Position numbers and translations under genes: made by a program. The notes beneath the pieces were generated by a model. That model saw only the letters and a program-made list of their open reading frames with translations. It did no database searches and was not told where the DNA came from. Positions 34,339 to 45,235 of a stretch of 64,000 nt of DNA are shown here, in pieces; positions within the stretch are counted from its first letter, which is position 1; each line of letters starts with the position of its first letter. The DNA comes from a virus, in the IMG/VR virus record IMGVR_UViG_3300032331_001766, positions 1-64,000 of that record; one strand, given 5' to 3'.

Positions 34339-37300
34339 TGGCAATTAGAATTCAATTACGCAGAGACACAGCAGCAAATTGGACTTCAGCAAATCCCGTT
34401 CTGGCTAACGGAGAAATGGGTATTGAGACAGATACCTTAAAAGCTAAAATAGGTAATGGCTCTGCCGCATGGTCAACAAGACCATATATAAACGTACTTC
34501 CATCAGAACTTACAGAGCTAGCACAAGATGCTGTCAACTCAGCAATTGTTGCAGGCGTTGGATTAGATAAGACATACGATGATGCAGGAAATACAATAAC
34601 ATTAGATATTGACTCTACTGTAGCAACTAAAACATTTGCAGCAGAGCTTTTAACAAATGCTACAAAATCAAACATTGTAATTACTGGAGATCAAAATGGT
34701 CTTACAATTACTGCAGAAAACGGAGTCGCAGACTCTACAACAGATAACCTTGCAGAAGGCTCAACTAATAAATATTTTACAGATGAAAGAGCGCAGGATG
34801 CTGTAGGAAATGCTTTAGGAAATGGTCTTAAGTATACAGACTCAACTGGAGCAATTGAACCAAATTTAACAACAGCTGGCGGAATAAAAATAGATGTATC
34901 TGGCAAATTAGCTGCAGATTCTCAATACGTAACATTTAATACTGAGACACAAACGCTTACAAATAAAACATTAACAACTCCAAAGGTTAATGAAAACGTT
35001 GCGCTTACATCAACATCAACAGAGTTAAATATACTTGACGGAGCAACATTATCTACAACAGAACTTAATTATGTAGATGGCGTTACATCAGCAATTCAGA
35101 CTCAAATTGACAACAAGGCTTCTTTATCTGGAGCTACATTTACAGGAGCAATATCTGGTACAAGCCTTACTTTGTCTGGTGACCTTACTGTTAATGGAAC
35201 TACAACAAATATTAACTCTACTAATTTAACTGTAGAAGATAAGAATATCGTTTTAGGAGATACCGCAACACCATCAGATGCAACTGCAGATGGCGGAGGT
35301 ATTACATTAAAGGGCTCTACAGATAAAACTTTTGCATGGTCAGATGCTACAGATTCATGGACATCATCTGAAAATATAAACCTTGCTTCAGGCAAGTCTT
35401 ACACTATTAATGGAACTAATATTAAAAATGTATCTGAGACTCTTACAAATAAGACTCTTACATCTCCAACAATAACATCCCCAACAGTTTCTGGCCTATA
35501 TTTATCAGACAACTCAGTAACATTTGAAGGACAAGGCGGAGATGATCAATATGAGACTATACTTTCTGTAGAAAATCCTACAGCAGATAGAACTATTATT
35601 CTTCCAGATGCTTCAGACCGTTTAGTTGGTAGAGCAACAGAGGATACATTAACAAATAAAACATTAACTCTTCCAAAAATTAATGATAATACTTTGCTTA
35701 CAGCAACTTCAACAGAACTTAATGTTTTAGATGGAATTACTGCCTCAACTTCAGAATTAAATAAGCTAGATGGAGTAACTGCAAGCACAGCAGAAATTAA
35801 TACTTTAACTGGAATAACTGCTTCAGCATCAGAACTTAATATTTTAGACGGAGCGACATTATCTACAACAGAATTAAATTATGTACAAAATGTTACTTCT
35901 TCAATTCAAACACAATTAAATTCAAAGCAACCAAAAATTACTGGAGTTTCAGATACAGAAATTGGTTACCTTGATGGAGTTACCTCTGCAATCCAGACAC
36001 AAATAGATTCTAAGCTTCCAAAAGCTGGTGGAACTATGACAGGTGCCATTGCAATGGGCACAAATAAAATTACAGGCTTGGGAACACCAACAGACAATAC
36101 AGATGCATCAACTAAAAATTATGTAGATTTAGCGGCAGCTGCTTCTATTACAAGCTCTAACTCTACTACAACTACAAAATTAGGCGATTACACAATTGAT
36201 GGTACTGCTGGAAATACAGTAACTTCAAGAATTGCTACAGCTAAAGGGCAGGCCAATGATTATACAGATTCCGCAATAAGTGGTCTTAGCAATACAGTTA
36301 CTACAGAGTATGTACCTTTAGCAATTTTAGCTCAAGAAGATGGAGTTGCAACATTAAATTCATCTGGCTACGTTCCTTTAACACAGTTAGACCCAGTTGT
36401 TGTAACAACAACAGGTGGAACAATTCCTTTAGCTAAATTAGATTCAACTGTTGTTTTGACAACATCTGCTCAAACACTTACAAATAAAACTTTAACCTCA
36501 CCAAAAATTAATGAAAACGTTGCTCTTACTACAACAGCAACTGAGTTAAATTATGTTGGTGGAGTAACATCAAGCATTCAAACTCAATTAGGTACTAAAT
36601 TAAACCTATCTGGTGGAACAATGACTGGAGCTTTAACTCTTTCTGCTGCCCCAACATCAGACCTGCATGCAGCAACTAAACTATATGTTGATAACGTAAC
36701 TGCTGGAATTAACTTCCACGAATCAGTTCACGCAGCCTCAGTATCAAACCTATCAACAATTTATAACAATGGAACATCTGGAGTAGGCGCAACACTTACA
36801 GCAGATACAAACCGTGCATTCTCAACACTTGACGGAGAATCAGTTGTTGTTGGACAAAGAGTACTTATTAAGAACCAGACAGACTCAAAGCAAAACGGTA
36901 TTTATACATTGACAACATTAGGTTCAGGATCTGCTCCATGGGTATTAACTCGTGCAACAGATGCAGATAATAACCCAGTTGGAGAAATGAAGACAGGTGA
37001 CTTTGTATTTGTTCAAAACGGAACAATAAATGCATCTATTGGATATATTAATAATTCAACAGCAAACCCAATAGTAATTGGAACAAGCAATATTACTTAT
37101 ACAGAGTTTAATGCTGGTAAAACAGTAGTTGCTGGAACTGGTTTGACAGAAGCAACTCCTGGAACATTATCAATTGATACTGGTATAACTGCTAATTTAT
37201 CAGGTGCTCAGACATTAACTAATAAAACAATTTCTGGTAGCTCAAACACATTAACAAATATTGCAAATAATAGCCTAGTTAATAATTCTATAACTTTAGG

Positions 37301-38324
37301 TACAGTAACTACAATACTTGGAAATACATATACAACATTAGAAGGATTTACATCAATCTCTGCAACAACATTTACTGGTGATTTTACTGGAAATTTGACA
37401 GGAAATGCATCTACGGTAACAAATGGTATTTATACAACTGGCACATACGCAAATCCAGCTTGGCTTACATCTTTAAGCGCAACAAAAGTTGGTTTAGGAA
37501 ATGTTGAGAATACAGCTCTTTCAACATGGACTGGAAGCACTTCATTAGTTACACTAGGTACAATTACAGATGGAACATGGTCTGCAAATACAATTGCCTT
37601 AAATAAAGGTGGAACTGGTGCAACTACACAAATTGGAGCAGCAAATGCAATATTACCATCACAGACAACAAATGCAAATAAATATTTAACTACAGATGGC
37701 TCAAATGTTTCATGGGCATCGGTTCCAGCAGGATATAATGCACCAACAATTGGTACAACATTATTACAGTCTGGAACGACTTATCCAGGATTTGCTAATT
37801 TACAATTAGCAACTGCAACACTAGATAATGCAACAATTAATGCTGCAACAATGACTGGGGCTATTATAGTACCAACCCCAACAGCAAATAGCCATGCAGC
37901 AACAAAATTATATACAGACACAGCAGCAACAAATGCAGCAACAGCTGCTGGAACAATAGAAAGAACATATACAAATGATCGTTTAGACATAGTTCCATTA
38001 GATGATATAAGCACATTATTTAATGGGTCTGAGTCTAGATTCCCAGCAAAGGTCGGTGGAACGAAAATAGATATTACTAACCCGCTTAGACTTTTGATAA
38101 ACATTAATGGTATAATTCAAATGTTGGGTAATCAAGATAACCATTGGTTGTCGCCGATTAATGAAGATGGATTTTATATAGATGGAGACGGATATATAGA
38201 ATTTGGGGAGCCAATACCATTTGGTTCTACATTTGATGCAAGGCTTATGCCAGGCAAGACAAGCAATACTTTAGAAAAATCAAGATATCCGTTCAGAGCA
38301 ACAGATATATTACTAGGAGCGTAA
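34338..38324 (+). CDS. long tail fibre protein (Mtd-N-like N-terminus)
   Basis: IQLRRDTAANWTSANPVLxxGExGxETDT; QTLTNKTL and ELNxLDG repeats. Confidence 0.8.
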   Translation: MAIRIQLRRDTAANWTSANPVLANGEMGIETDTLKAKIGNGSAAWSTRPYINVLPSELTELAQDAVNSAIVAGVGLDKTYDDAGNTITLDIDSTVATKTFAAELLTNATKSNIVITGDQNGLTITAENGVADSTTDNLAEGSTNKYFTDERAQDAVGNALGNGLKYTDSTGAIEPNLTTAGGIKIDVSGKLAADSQYVTFNTETQTLTNKTLTTPKVNENVALTSTSTELNILDGATLSTTELNYVDGVTSAIQTQIDNKASLSGATFTGAISGTSLTLSGDLTVNGTTTNINSTNLTVEDKNIVLGDTATPSDATADGGGITLKGSTDKTFAWSDATDSWTSSENINLASGKSYTINGTNIKNVSETLTNKTLTSPTITSPTVSGLYLSDNSVTFEGQGGDDQYETILSVENPTADRTIILPDASDRLVGRATEDTLTNKTLTLPKINDNTLLTATSTELNVLDGITASTSELNKLDGVTASTAEINTLTGITASASELNILDGATLSTTELNYVQNVTSSIQTQLNSKQPKITGVSDTEIGYLDGVTSAIQTQIDSKLPKAGGTMTGAIAMGTNKITGLGTPTDNTDASTKNYVDLAAAASITSSNSTTTTKLGDYTIDGTAGNTVTSRIATAKGQANDYTDSAISGLSNTVTTEYVPLAILAQEDGVATLNSSGYVPLTQLDPVVVTTTGGTIPLAKLDSTVVLTTSAQTLTNKTLTSPKINENVALTTTATELNYVGGVTSSIQTQLGTKLNLSGGTMTGALTLSAAPTSDLHAATKLYVDNVTAGINFHESVHAASVSNLSTIYNNGTSGVGATLTADTNRAFSTLDGESVVVGQRVLIKNQTDSKQNGIYTLTTLGSGSAPWVLTRATDADNNPVGEMKTGDFVFVQNGTINASIGYINNSTANPIVIGTSNITYTEFNAGKTVVAGTGLTEATPGTLSIDTGITANLSGAQTLTNKTISGSSNTLTNIANNSLVNNSITLGTVTTILGNTYTTLEGFTSISATTFTGDFTGNLTGNASTVTNGIYTTGTYANPAWLTSLSATKVGLGNVENTALSTWTGSTSLVTLGTITDGTWSANTIALNKGGTGATTQIGAANAILPSQTTNANKYLTTDGSNVSWASVPAGYNAPTIGTTLLQSGTTYPGFANLQLATATLDNATINAATMTGAIIVPTPTANSHAATKLYTDTAATNAATAAGTIERTYTNDRLDIVPLDDISTLFNGSESRFPAKVGGTKIDITNPLRLLININGIIQMLGNQDNHWLSPINEDGFYIDGDGYIEFGEPIPFGSTFDARLMPGKTSNTLEKSRYPFRATDILLGA

Positions 38325-38329
38325 CGCAA

Positions 38330-41300
38330 ATGGCAAGAAAAATTTTATTAGAAACAGCATATACATTTACACCGTCAGCAAATACGGTTGTAATTCCAAA
38401 GACAATTTTGAGAGAAAGACTGTTACTTATCACAAATGTGACATCTAACCAAGTTATTTATAACTTCTCAGATCCAAGTTTAAAAGCAACATCATATATT
38501 ACTAACACAGACTCAAGCGCAAATGAGTCTACAACAATTGTATTAAGCTACAATACAGCAGCAATGCTTTCAACAGACAAGCTTTCCTTTACAATTGATG
38601 AATATGCTGAAAAATTTGAGCCAGCAGAGACATTGATGGACCCAACAAATAAGTTGAGAGTATCAACTCCACAATCTCTTATCGATACCGACTTTGAGTA
38701 TGGTACACAGATTTCTAAGTGGGAAAATTTAGGTCTTTATAACAATAGACCATTTTCTTATACAAGCCCAACACAAATTTCAAATATTTCAGGAATTGCA
38801 ATGGCTAATGGTTCTAGAACTGTTACAGTCACACTTTCATCTGGAGCAGCTCCAGCAAACAATACACCAATTGTTGTACAGGATACATACCTACAAGCAG
38901 CAAATGGTAACTTTATTATCGAAACAGGCGGAGGAGGATCATCATTTACTTACACTGCGTCATCAACAAATACTACATCAGTGACAGCGATCTTTGATCC
39001 AAATAAAACAGTAGTATCAACAGGAAATCTATTTTCTGGTGCACAAATTGGTGGAACACCAACTCTTTCATATTCTGGTCGCAAAATTACAGTAACAACT
39101 ACAATTCCTCATGGCCTAGCATTAGGAAATGAAATTGTAGTAATGGGTGTAACAGCTTCAACAAATGCACCAAATGGAAATATGGAAGTTGCACAGATTA
39201 CAAGCTCTACAGTCTTCTCATACTATGCAGATGCTATTCCAACTGGAACTTTAGCTGCAGGTTCAATTTACGTAAGACCACAAGCATCATTCTCACACAG
39301 ACCAGCAGATGGCGGAGTTATTTTCGGTACAAACTCTGGTTCAAATTATGCTTCAGCAACAAGACAGACAAGACGTTATTTCCGTTACCAATCAGGTAAA
39401 GGTATTCAATTCTCATCTGGAACAATTTTAAAGCCATACGCAGGTATTGATTCAATTACTTGGGATGGATCTATTGTTACAGTTCAAACAAAAGAAAGAC
39501 ACAATATTCAGCCAGGAACAGTTGTTAAGGTTGGTGGTTGTGATCAGTATCAATTTAATGGAACATTTACAATTACAAGCATTATAGCTTTTGATAAGTT
39601 CCAGTACACACCAACAACTTCACCAACAACATCAATTGCTACTGGTGCATTTTATGCTTCAGTAGAAGGATGGACTGGCTGCCAAAATAGACTAGGCGGA
39701 TTTGATAGTCAAAATGGTTTATTCTTTGAGTATGATGGTAAGACATTGTATGCAGTTAGAAGAAATTCTACATTCCAGGCTTCTGGAAGAGTTAGCGTAA
39801 CAAATGGAACATCTTTGGTTACACAAACATCTTCAACATTCCCAACCTACTTTGCAAAGCAATTTGCACCAGGAGACTACATTGTAATTAGAGGTCAATC
39901 ATATAAGATTCAAGATATTGCATCAAACGTATCTATGACAATTACGCCAGCATATCGTGGAGCAACCACAGATTATGCAATTCTTTCAAAGACTCAAGAA
40001 ACTCGTATTGCTCAATCATCGTTTAATATTGATAAACTAGACGGAACAGGCCCATCACAATACAATCTAGACTTAGGCAAAATGCAGATGTTCTATATTG
40101 ACTATACATGGTATGGTGCTGGTTTCGTAAGATGGGGTGTTAGAGGTCCAAAAGGTAACGTTGTTTATGTACACAAGATGCCTAACAACAACATGAATAC
40201 AGAAGCTTATATGCGTTCTGGAAACTTGCCAGGAAGATATGAATCTACAACAACACCTCCTTATACATTTACTAAGGCAGATATGCTAACAACAGATTCA
40301 GCTATATCAGTTTCAGATACTACCAAATTCCCAGACGCAGGTACACTTGTAGTTAGAAATGCAAGCACATACGAGTATGTAAACTATACTGGAAAAACAC
40401 AGTCTACTGGTATTTACACCACTACAGCTACAGGAACATCTGGAGTCGGAACTCTTGTTGTAGGTTCAAATACTGGACTAGCCGTAGGAATGACTGCAAC
40501 TGGTATTGGAGTTGGTTATGGCGCAACAATTACAAACGTAAACGGAACAGTCATTACTGTATCTGTTGCAAATACATCTGCAGTCAACGGAAACGTTGTA
40601 TTCAGCGGTGGAGCAACATCTGGTACATTCACTGGTTTAACTAGAGCAAAAGCTGGAGAAGCAAGCGTAAGCTTAACAATTGCAGCTGGAGCAAATGGTT
40701 GTACTGGAGTAACAACAACAAACCTACAAGTAGGTATGAGAGTAATTTCTTCAGCTTTCCCTGAAGGAACATATATTTCAAAGATTGTTGGAAGCGAAGT
40801 TACTTTCTCACAAGCAGCACTTTCTGCAAATCCAACTGGAGTAATTTTTGCTCCAATGGGTGCAACATCAGCTCAATTATTTACATATTCTGATACAGCC
40901 CCAACATGTGTTGAATTAGCTTTCCCAACATTCTCAGCATCAATTTCACACTGGGGAACATCAGTAATTATGGATGGTCGCTTTGATGATGATAAGTCGC
41001 TTGTCTTTACATATGGACAAAGAGTTGCAACAGCACTGGCACCAGCACAAAACGTTACAACAACAATCACAGGAACATCTGGAGCGAATACAATTGTAGT
41101 TGGTTCAGGTACAAACTTAGTACCAGGCATGTCAGTGACAGGAACTGGTATCGGAGCAGGAGCAACTGTAACAATTGTTAACGGAACAGGTATTACATTA
41201 TCTGTTAATAACTCAGGAACAGTTTCTGGTAACGGAACATTCTCTGGTGGTAACTCAAAGGCACTATTCTCAATTAGAGTAGCCCCTTCAGTAGATAATG

Positions 41301-41758
41301 GTATCGCAGCAGCGTTCGGTGCTCGTGAACTTGTAAACAGAATGCAGCTAACACTTAGAGCTCTTGATGTTACAACTTCAACAGCAGGTGCAAACCTACT
41401 CGTAACAGCCGTTTTGAATGGCCTTCCAAGCTCATCAACTCCTTGGACAAATGCAGTAGGAAATGCAGCAGGAGCAGTTAACTCTTCTCTAGCACAAATT
41501 GCAGATTATGCTGGTGGTTTAACAACAGTGTCTGGTGGAGAAGTAACAGCTGGATTCTTCGTTGGAACTGGTGCAAACTCAATCGATCTTTCAGGAGTTC
41601 GTGATCTTGGTAACTCTGTCCTTGGTGGCGGAGGAGTAAATGCTAACACAAATATCTATCCAGATGGACCAGATGTACTTACAGTAACAATTTCAAACCT
41701 TGGTACTACATCTGCATCAGTGTTCGGTAGATTATCTTGGACAGAAGCTCAGGCATAA
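38330..41758 (+). CDS. large virion structural protein (beta-rich repeats)
   Basis: VTTxxxHGL repeats, LxxGMxVTGxGI repeats, YQSGK/WYGAG motifs. Confidence 0.7.
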   Translation: MARKILLETAYTFTPSANTVVIPKTILRERLLLITNVTSNQVIYNFSDPSLKATSYITNTDSSANESTTIVLSYNTAAMLSTDKLSFTIDEYAEKFEPAETLMDPTNKLRVSTPQSLIDTDFEYGTQISKWENLGLYNNRPFSYTSPTQISNISGIAMANGSRTVTVTLSSGAAPANNTPIVVQDTYLQAANGNFIIETGGGGSSFTYTASSTNTTSVTAIFDPNKTVVSTGNLFSGAQIGGTPTLSYSGRKITVTTTIPHGLALGNEIVVMGVTASTNAPNGNMEVAQITSSTVFSYYADAIPTGTLAAGSIYVRPQASFSHRPADGGVIFGTNSGSNYASATRQTRRYFRYQSGKGIQFSSGTILKPYAGIDSITWDGSIVTVQTKERHNIQPGTVVKVGGCDQYQFNGTFTITSIIAFDKFQYTPTTSPTTSIATGAFYASVEGWTGCQNRLGGFDSQNGLFFEYDGKTLYAVRRNSTFQASGRVSVTNGTSLVTQTSSTFPTYFAKQFAPGDYIVIRGQSYKIQDIASNVSMTITPAYRGATTDYAILSKTQETRIAQSSFNIDKLDGTGPSQYNLDLGKMQMFYIDYTWYGAGFVRWGVRGPKGNVVYVHKMPNNNMNTEAYMRSGNLPGRYESTTTPPYTFTKADMLTTDSAISVSDTTKFPDAGTLVVRNASTYEYVNYTGKTQSTGIYTTTATGTSGVGTLVVGSNTGLAVGMTATGIGVGYGATITNVNGTVITVSVANTSAVNGNVVFSGGATSGTFTGLTRAKAGEASVSLTIAAGANGCTGVTTTNLQVGMRVISSAFPEGTYISKIVGSEVTFSQAALSANPTGVIFAPMGATSAQLFTYSDTAPTCVELAFPTFSASISHWGTSVIMDGRFDDDKSLVFTYGQRVATALAPAQNVTTTITGTSGANTIVVGSGTNLVPGMSVTGTGIGAGATVTIVNGTGITLSVNNSGTVSGNGTFSGGNSKALFSIRVAPSVDNGIAAAFGARELVNRMQLTLRALDVTTSTAGANLLVTAVLNGLPSSSTPWTNAVGNAAGAVNSSLAQIADYAGGLTTVSGGEVTAGFFVGTGANSIDLSGVRDLGNSVLGGGGVNANTNIYPDGPDVLTVTISNLGTTSASVFGRLSWTEAQA

Positions 41759-41770
41759 GGAGAATATAAA

Positions 41771-42271
41771 TTGTCTATCAATAAGGCTAAAGTCAATTAC
41801 GATGATGCCCTTGAGGTCAAATCTATAGTCTCATCTGATTCAGCGGGATTTAATGGTGTAACCTCTTTGGCTGGTACTACCAAATTACTAGGAATACTTG
41901 ATTTATCTCAAGGAACAGTAGTGTTTGCAGATGGTATCCAGTCAAAGCAGGGAACACCTTCCCTAACTGATATTAAAGTTAAATATTTTAACTACACATT
42001 ATCATCATTAGATGATAGAGATAGTATTATTGAAATGAATAATGTTGCTGCAAATACATTAACTGTTCCATTAGATTCTACAACTAACTTTCCTATTGGA
42101 ACAACTATTGATATAATTCAAGCAAATGCTGGTCAAACTACAGTTGTTGCAACAGCAGGAGTTATTATTAATGCTACACCTGGTTTACAGCTAAGACAAA
42201 AATGGTCTGTTGCTACATTATTAAAAAGAGCACCAAATACATGGTTGCTTTTTGGCGACTTAACAGCTTAA
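41771..42271 (+). CDS. tail-fibre-associated protein
   Basis: TVP....FPIGT.I.I.Q..GQ ... WxxxGDL pattern; AAGGAG RBS, TTG start. Confidence 0.7.
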   Translation: MSINKAKVNYDDALEVKSIVSSDSAGFNGVTSLAGTTKLLGILDLSQGTVVFADGIQSKQGTPSLTDIKVKYFNYTLSSLDDRDSIIEMNNVAANTLTVPLDSTTNFPIGTTIDIIQANAGQTTVVATAGVIINATPGLQLRQKWSVATLLKRAPNTWLLFGDLTA

Positions 42272-42282
42272 AGGGGATATAA

Positions 42283-43911
42283 ATGAGTAAAAAGGCTGGT
42301 AGAAAATCTGATCAATTAGCTGGTGACTTTCAGATACCATCTAAACCAAATAAACCTACCGCTGTAGATGTTGGAACTAATAGACTATATAATAATGGTT
42401 CACATATTGTTTCATTTACATATCCTTCAGGTCAGCCACCAGTTTCTTCATATACAGTTATTTCTTCTCCTGGAGGATTTACAAATGTTGGAGCATCAAG
42501 TCCAATTACAGTTGTAGGTCTACAGTCTAATATTGATTATACTTGGACAGTAACTGCAACTAACGTAAATGGAACATCAGACCCTTCAGATCCTTCTGAT
42601 GCAGTAAAAGCTACAACAGTTCCAGAAGCACCAATTAATGTAACAGCAATATCAAATACAACTGGACCAGGGCATAATGCAAACACTCCTGATCTTCGTG
42701 GACAAGATACTGTTTCGTGGACAACTCCAACAAATAATGGTGGAAAACCAATATCAACTTATACTGTTTTATCATCAGATGCAGTAGCTCAACCAGGAGG
42801 TCTTGGTCCTTCTTATACCGTAACAGCACCAACAACAACTATAAATATTAGAGAAACTATGGGTACTACTCAAACCTATACGGTTACTGCAAATAATGCT
42901 AATGGTTCATCTTTAGCTGGAGCAAGTTCCTCTGTTACTACATTCTTTTCCCCACCAGTATTCTTTTCGCCACCTCTATTCTTTGCGCCACCGCTGTTCT
43001 TCAGCCCACCGCTGTTCTTCAGCCCACCCCTATTTTTTGCGCCACCGCTGTTCTTCAGCCCACCGCTGTTCTTCAGCCCACCTCTATTCTTTGCGCCACC
43101 GCTGTTCTTCAGCCCACCGCTGTTTTTCAGCCCACCTCTATTTTTTGCGCCACCGCTGTTCTTCAGCCCACCAGGGTTCTTTAATCCTCCTGGATTCTTT
43201 TCACCACCAGCGTTCTTTGCGCCACCTCTATTTTTTGCGCCACCGCTGTTCTTTTCCCCACCAGCATTCTTTTCACCACCAGGGTTTTTTAACCCTCCTG
43301 GATTCTTTTCACCACCAAGATTCTTTGCACCCCCATTATTTTTCTCCCCACCAAGATTCTTTTCCCCACCAGCATTTTGTATTGCAGAAAATACATTAGT
43401 CTTAACTACAGACGGATACAAGAAGGCAAAAGATATTGAAGTTGGTGATATTTTATCAACAGTCTCATTTAATAATCTTCCTTTAGGAGATAGTAATTGT
43501 TCAATAGGTAATATTACAGATAAATGTATTGATATTGTTGACAAATGGAACTCTGAAGGACTACATGGTGTTAATTTCCTAGAGTCAAAAGTTACAGATA
43601 TTAAAGAAGCAGTATATGAGTCTTCAATCTATTTTAATGATGATTTTTCAAAAGAGCTATCTTTATCAGAACAGATACTTGTAAACAGAGATGAAAAGTT
43701 TACATTTAAAACAACATCTGAAATTAAAGTAGGAGATACTATAATATCTTACTCAGATAAAGATTTAATTGATATTAAAGTTGAGTCTATTAATATTGTA
43801 GAAAAAGAAACAAAAACATTTTTATTCTACAGAGATCCATATGGATTAATTATTGCAGACGGTATGCTTGCATATAATGGTTGTCCAGCCCTTTCCTTGA
43901 CCAACAACTAA
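42283..43911 (+). CDS. FN3-FN3-(FFxPPx)24-Hint autoprocessing protein
   Basis: Two FN3 domains (GLxxxxxYTxTVTAxNxNG; NGGKPIxxY), 24 hexapeptide repeats, Hint C-IAENTLVLT..G.K.AKDIEVGD...ADGMLAYN. Confidence 0.85.
   Translation: MSKKAGRKSDQLAGDFQIPSKPNKPTAVDVGTNRLYNNGSHIVSFTYPSGQPPVSSYTVISSPGGFTNVGASSPITVVGLQSNIDYTWTVTATNVNGTSDPSDPSDAVKATTVPEAPINVTAISNTTGPGHNANTPDLRGQDTVSWTTPTNNGGKPISTYTVLSSDAVAQPGGLGPSYTVTAPTTTINIRETMGTTQTYTVTANNANGSSLAGASSSVTTFFSPPVFFSPPLFFAPPLFFSPPLFFSPPLFFAPPLFFSPPLFFSPPLFFAPPLFFSPPLFFSPPLFFAPPLFFSPPGFFNPPGFFSPPAFFAPPLFFAPPLFFSPPAFFSPPGFFNPPGFFSPPRFFAPPLFFSPPRFFSPPAFCIAENTLVLTTDGYKKAKDIEVGDILSTVSFNNLPLGDSNCSIGNITDKCIDIVDKWNSEGLHGVNFLESKVTDIKEAVYESSIYFNDDFSKELSLSEQILVNRDEKFTFKTTSEIKVGDTIISYSDKDLIDIKVESINIVEKETKTFLFYRDPYGLIIADGMLAYNGCPALSLTNN
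42943..43374 (+). repeat. 24 x 18-bp coding tandem repeat (FF[S/A/N]PP[L/G/A/R/V])
   Basis: Counted directly; 54-bp higher-order period in first half. Confidence 0.95.
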
Positions 43912-43931
43912 CTAAATGCTATAGTATATTT

Positions 43932-44564
43932 ATGTACTCTAGAAAAGAAGAAGTCTTTCATGGCATCTGGAAATATTCAGATGTTTTTACTCCAGAGCTG
44001 GATTTAATTAATAGAATTGAATCAGAAGTAGAAAAAGAAGAGTTTTCCTGGAGAAAAGGTACAGTTGGGTTAGATGCTGAATATCCAGAATACAGAGATT
44101 GTTATGATCTTAAATTAAGTAGACTAGGCAAATCTCATCCCTTATATCAGGATATTTATAATGCTCAAGTACCATGTGTAAATGATTATTGCTCAATGTA
44201 TACAATTGAAATGAATTATTGGGAATGGACTAATATTGTTAAATATGAACCAGGACAACATTTTCAAGAACATGCTGATCATGGCTGGTCATATATATCA
44301 ACTGTATCTTTAGTTGGATATCCAAATGATAATTATGAAGGCGGAGATCTTTATTTTCCAAAACTTAATGTAACAATAAAGCCAAAAGCTGGAGACTTAT
44401 ATATATTCCCATCAGCATATATTTATTCACATGTTGCAAGACCAGTTTTATCTGGAACAAAGTATTGTTTTGCTACGATGTTAGATTATAATGATGACGC
44501 ACATTCAAAAGAATTTGAAGATTATTTAGATAAAAAATATAACAAAGAAAAGAGATTAATATAA
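43932..44564 (+). CDS. prolyl-4-hydroxylase-like 2OG-Fe(II) oxygenase
   Basis: HAD, NDNYEGGDLYFP, YSH..PV.SGTKY; TTGACC-17-TATAGT promoter 43897-43925. Confidence 0.92.
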   Translation: MYSRKEEVFHGIWKYSDVFTPELDLINRIESEVEKEEFSWRKGTVGLDAEYPEYRDCYDLKLSRLGKSHPLYQDIYNAQVPCVNDYCSMYTIEMNYWEWTNIVKYEPGQHFQEHADHGWSYISTVSLVGYPNDNYEGGDLYFPKLNVTIKPKAGDLYIFPSAYIYSHVARPVLSGTKYCFATMLDYNDDAHSKEFEDYLDKKYNKEKRLI

Positions 44565-45226
44565 TGTTACCAAATGCGGAACTTCTTTATCCAGGTATTA
44601 TTGTTTATAGAAATGTTTTTAGTGGATTAAATGTAATTGATAGGCTAGAAGAAGTTCTTTCTAATGATAGCTATGAAGAAAAATGGGCAGAGGCGTCTGT
44701 TGGATATTCTAAGCTAGATAAGTCTTATAGAGATTGCTGGGATCACCATATTAAAAAGAACATATTTGATGATACGGGTAAACCAGAATCTCAATTAAAG
44801 CTTGAATCAATATGGCAGGACTGCAGAGATGCACAAGATGCTGCTGTAGAAGATTATAGAGCAATGTTTAACTTACCGCCATTTGGATATTGGGAATCTT
44901 TTAATTTCATTAAATATGGTGCAGGTCAACATTTTCAAGTACATTCAGATCACGGATATTCTTATGTTTGTGTACTTTCTTCTGTTGGATATATTAACGA
45001 TGATTATGATGGCGGGGAACTATATTTTGATAAACTTGGACTTACCATAAAGCCAAAAGCAGGAGATCTTTATTTATTTCCATCTTCATATATATATTCT
45101 CATTCTGCAATGCCAGTTACAAAAGGTATTAAGTATTCTGTAGTTACAATGCTTGACTACTCAATAGCTACACATTCTCCAGAATATCGTGAGCTTGAAC
45201 AAAAGTATGCACTAGTAAAAGAATAA
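44564..45226 (+). CDS. prolyl-4-hydroxylase-like 2OG-Fe(II) oxygenase (paralog of previous)
   Basis: HSD, YSH..PV..GIKY. Confidence 0.92.
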   Translation: MLPNAELLYPGIIVYRNVFSGLNVIDRLEEVLSNDSYEEKWAEASVGYSKLDKSYRDCWDHHIKKNIFDDTGKPESQLKLESIWQDCRDAQDAAVEDYRAMFNLPPFGYWESFNFIKYGAGQHFQVHSDHGYSYVCVLSSVGYINDDYDGGELYFDKLGLTIKPKAGDLYLFPSSYIYSHSAMPVTKGIKYSVVTMLDYSIATHSPEYRELEQKYALVKE

Positions 45227-45235
45227 GGAATATTA

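Noticed and set aside
42943-43374. Possible CRISPR array or DGR template
   Set aside because: Contiguous 18-bp coding units without unique spacers; no cas or reverse transcriptase gene in the window.
42876-43544. 222-aa minus-strand ORF of GGxKN repeats, and the 138-aa alternative-frame ORF 42983-43399
   Set aside because: Shadows of the FFxPP repeat, which lacks stops in those frames; no RBS or promoter, and synonymous variation follows the FFxPP frame.
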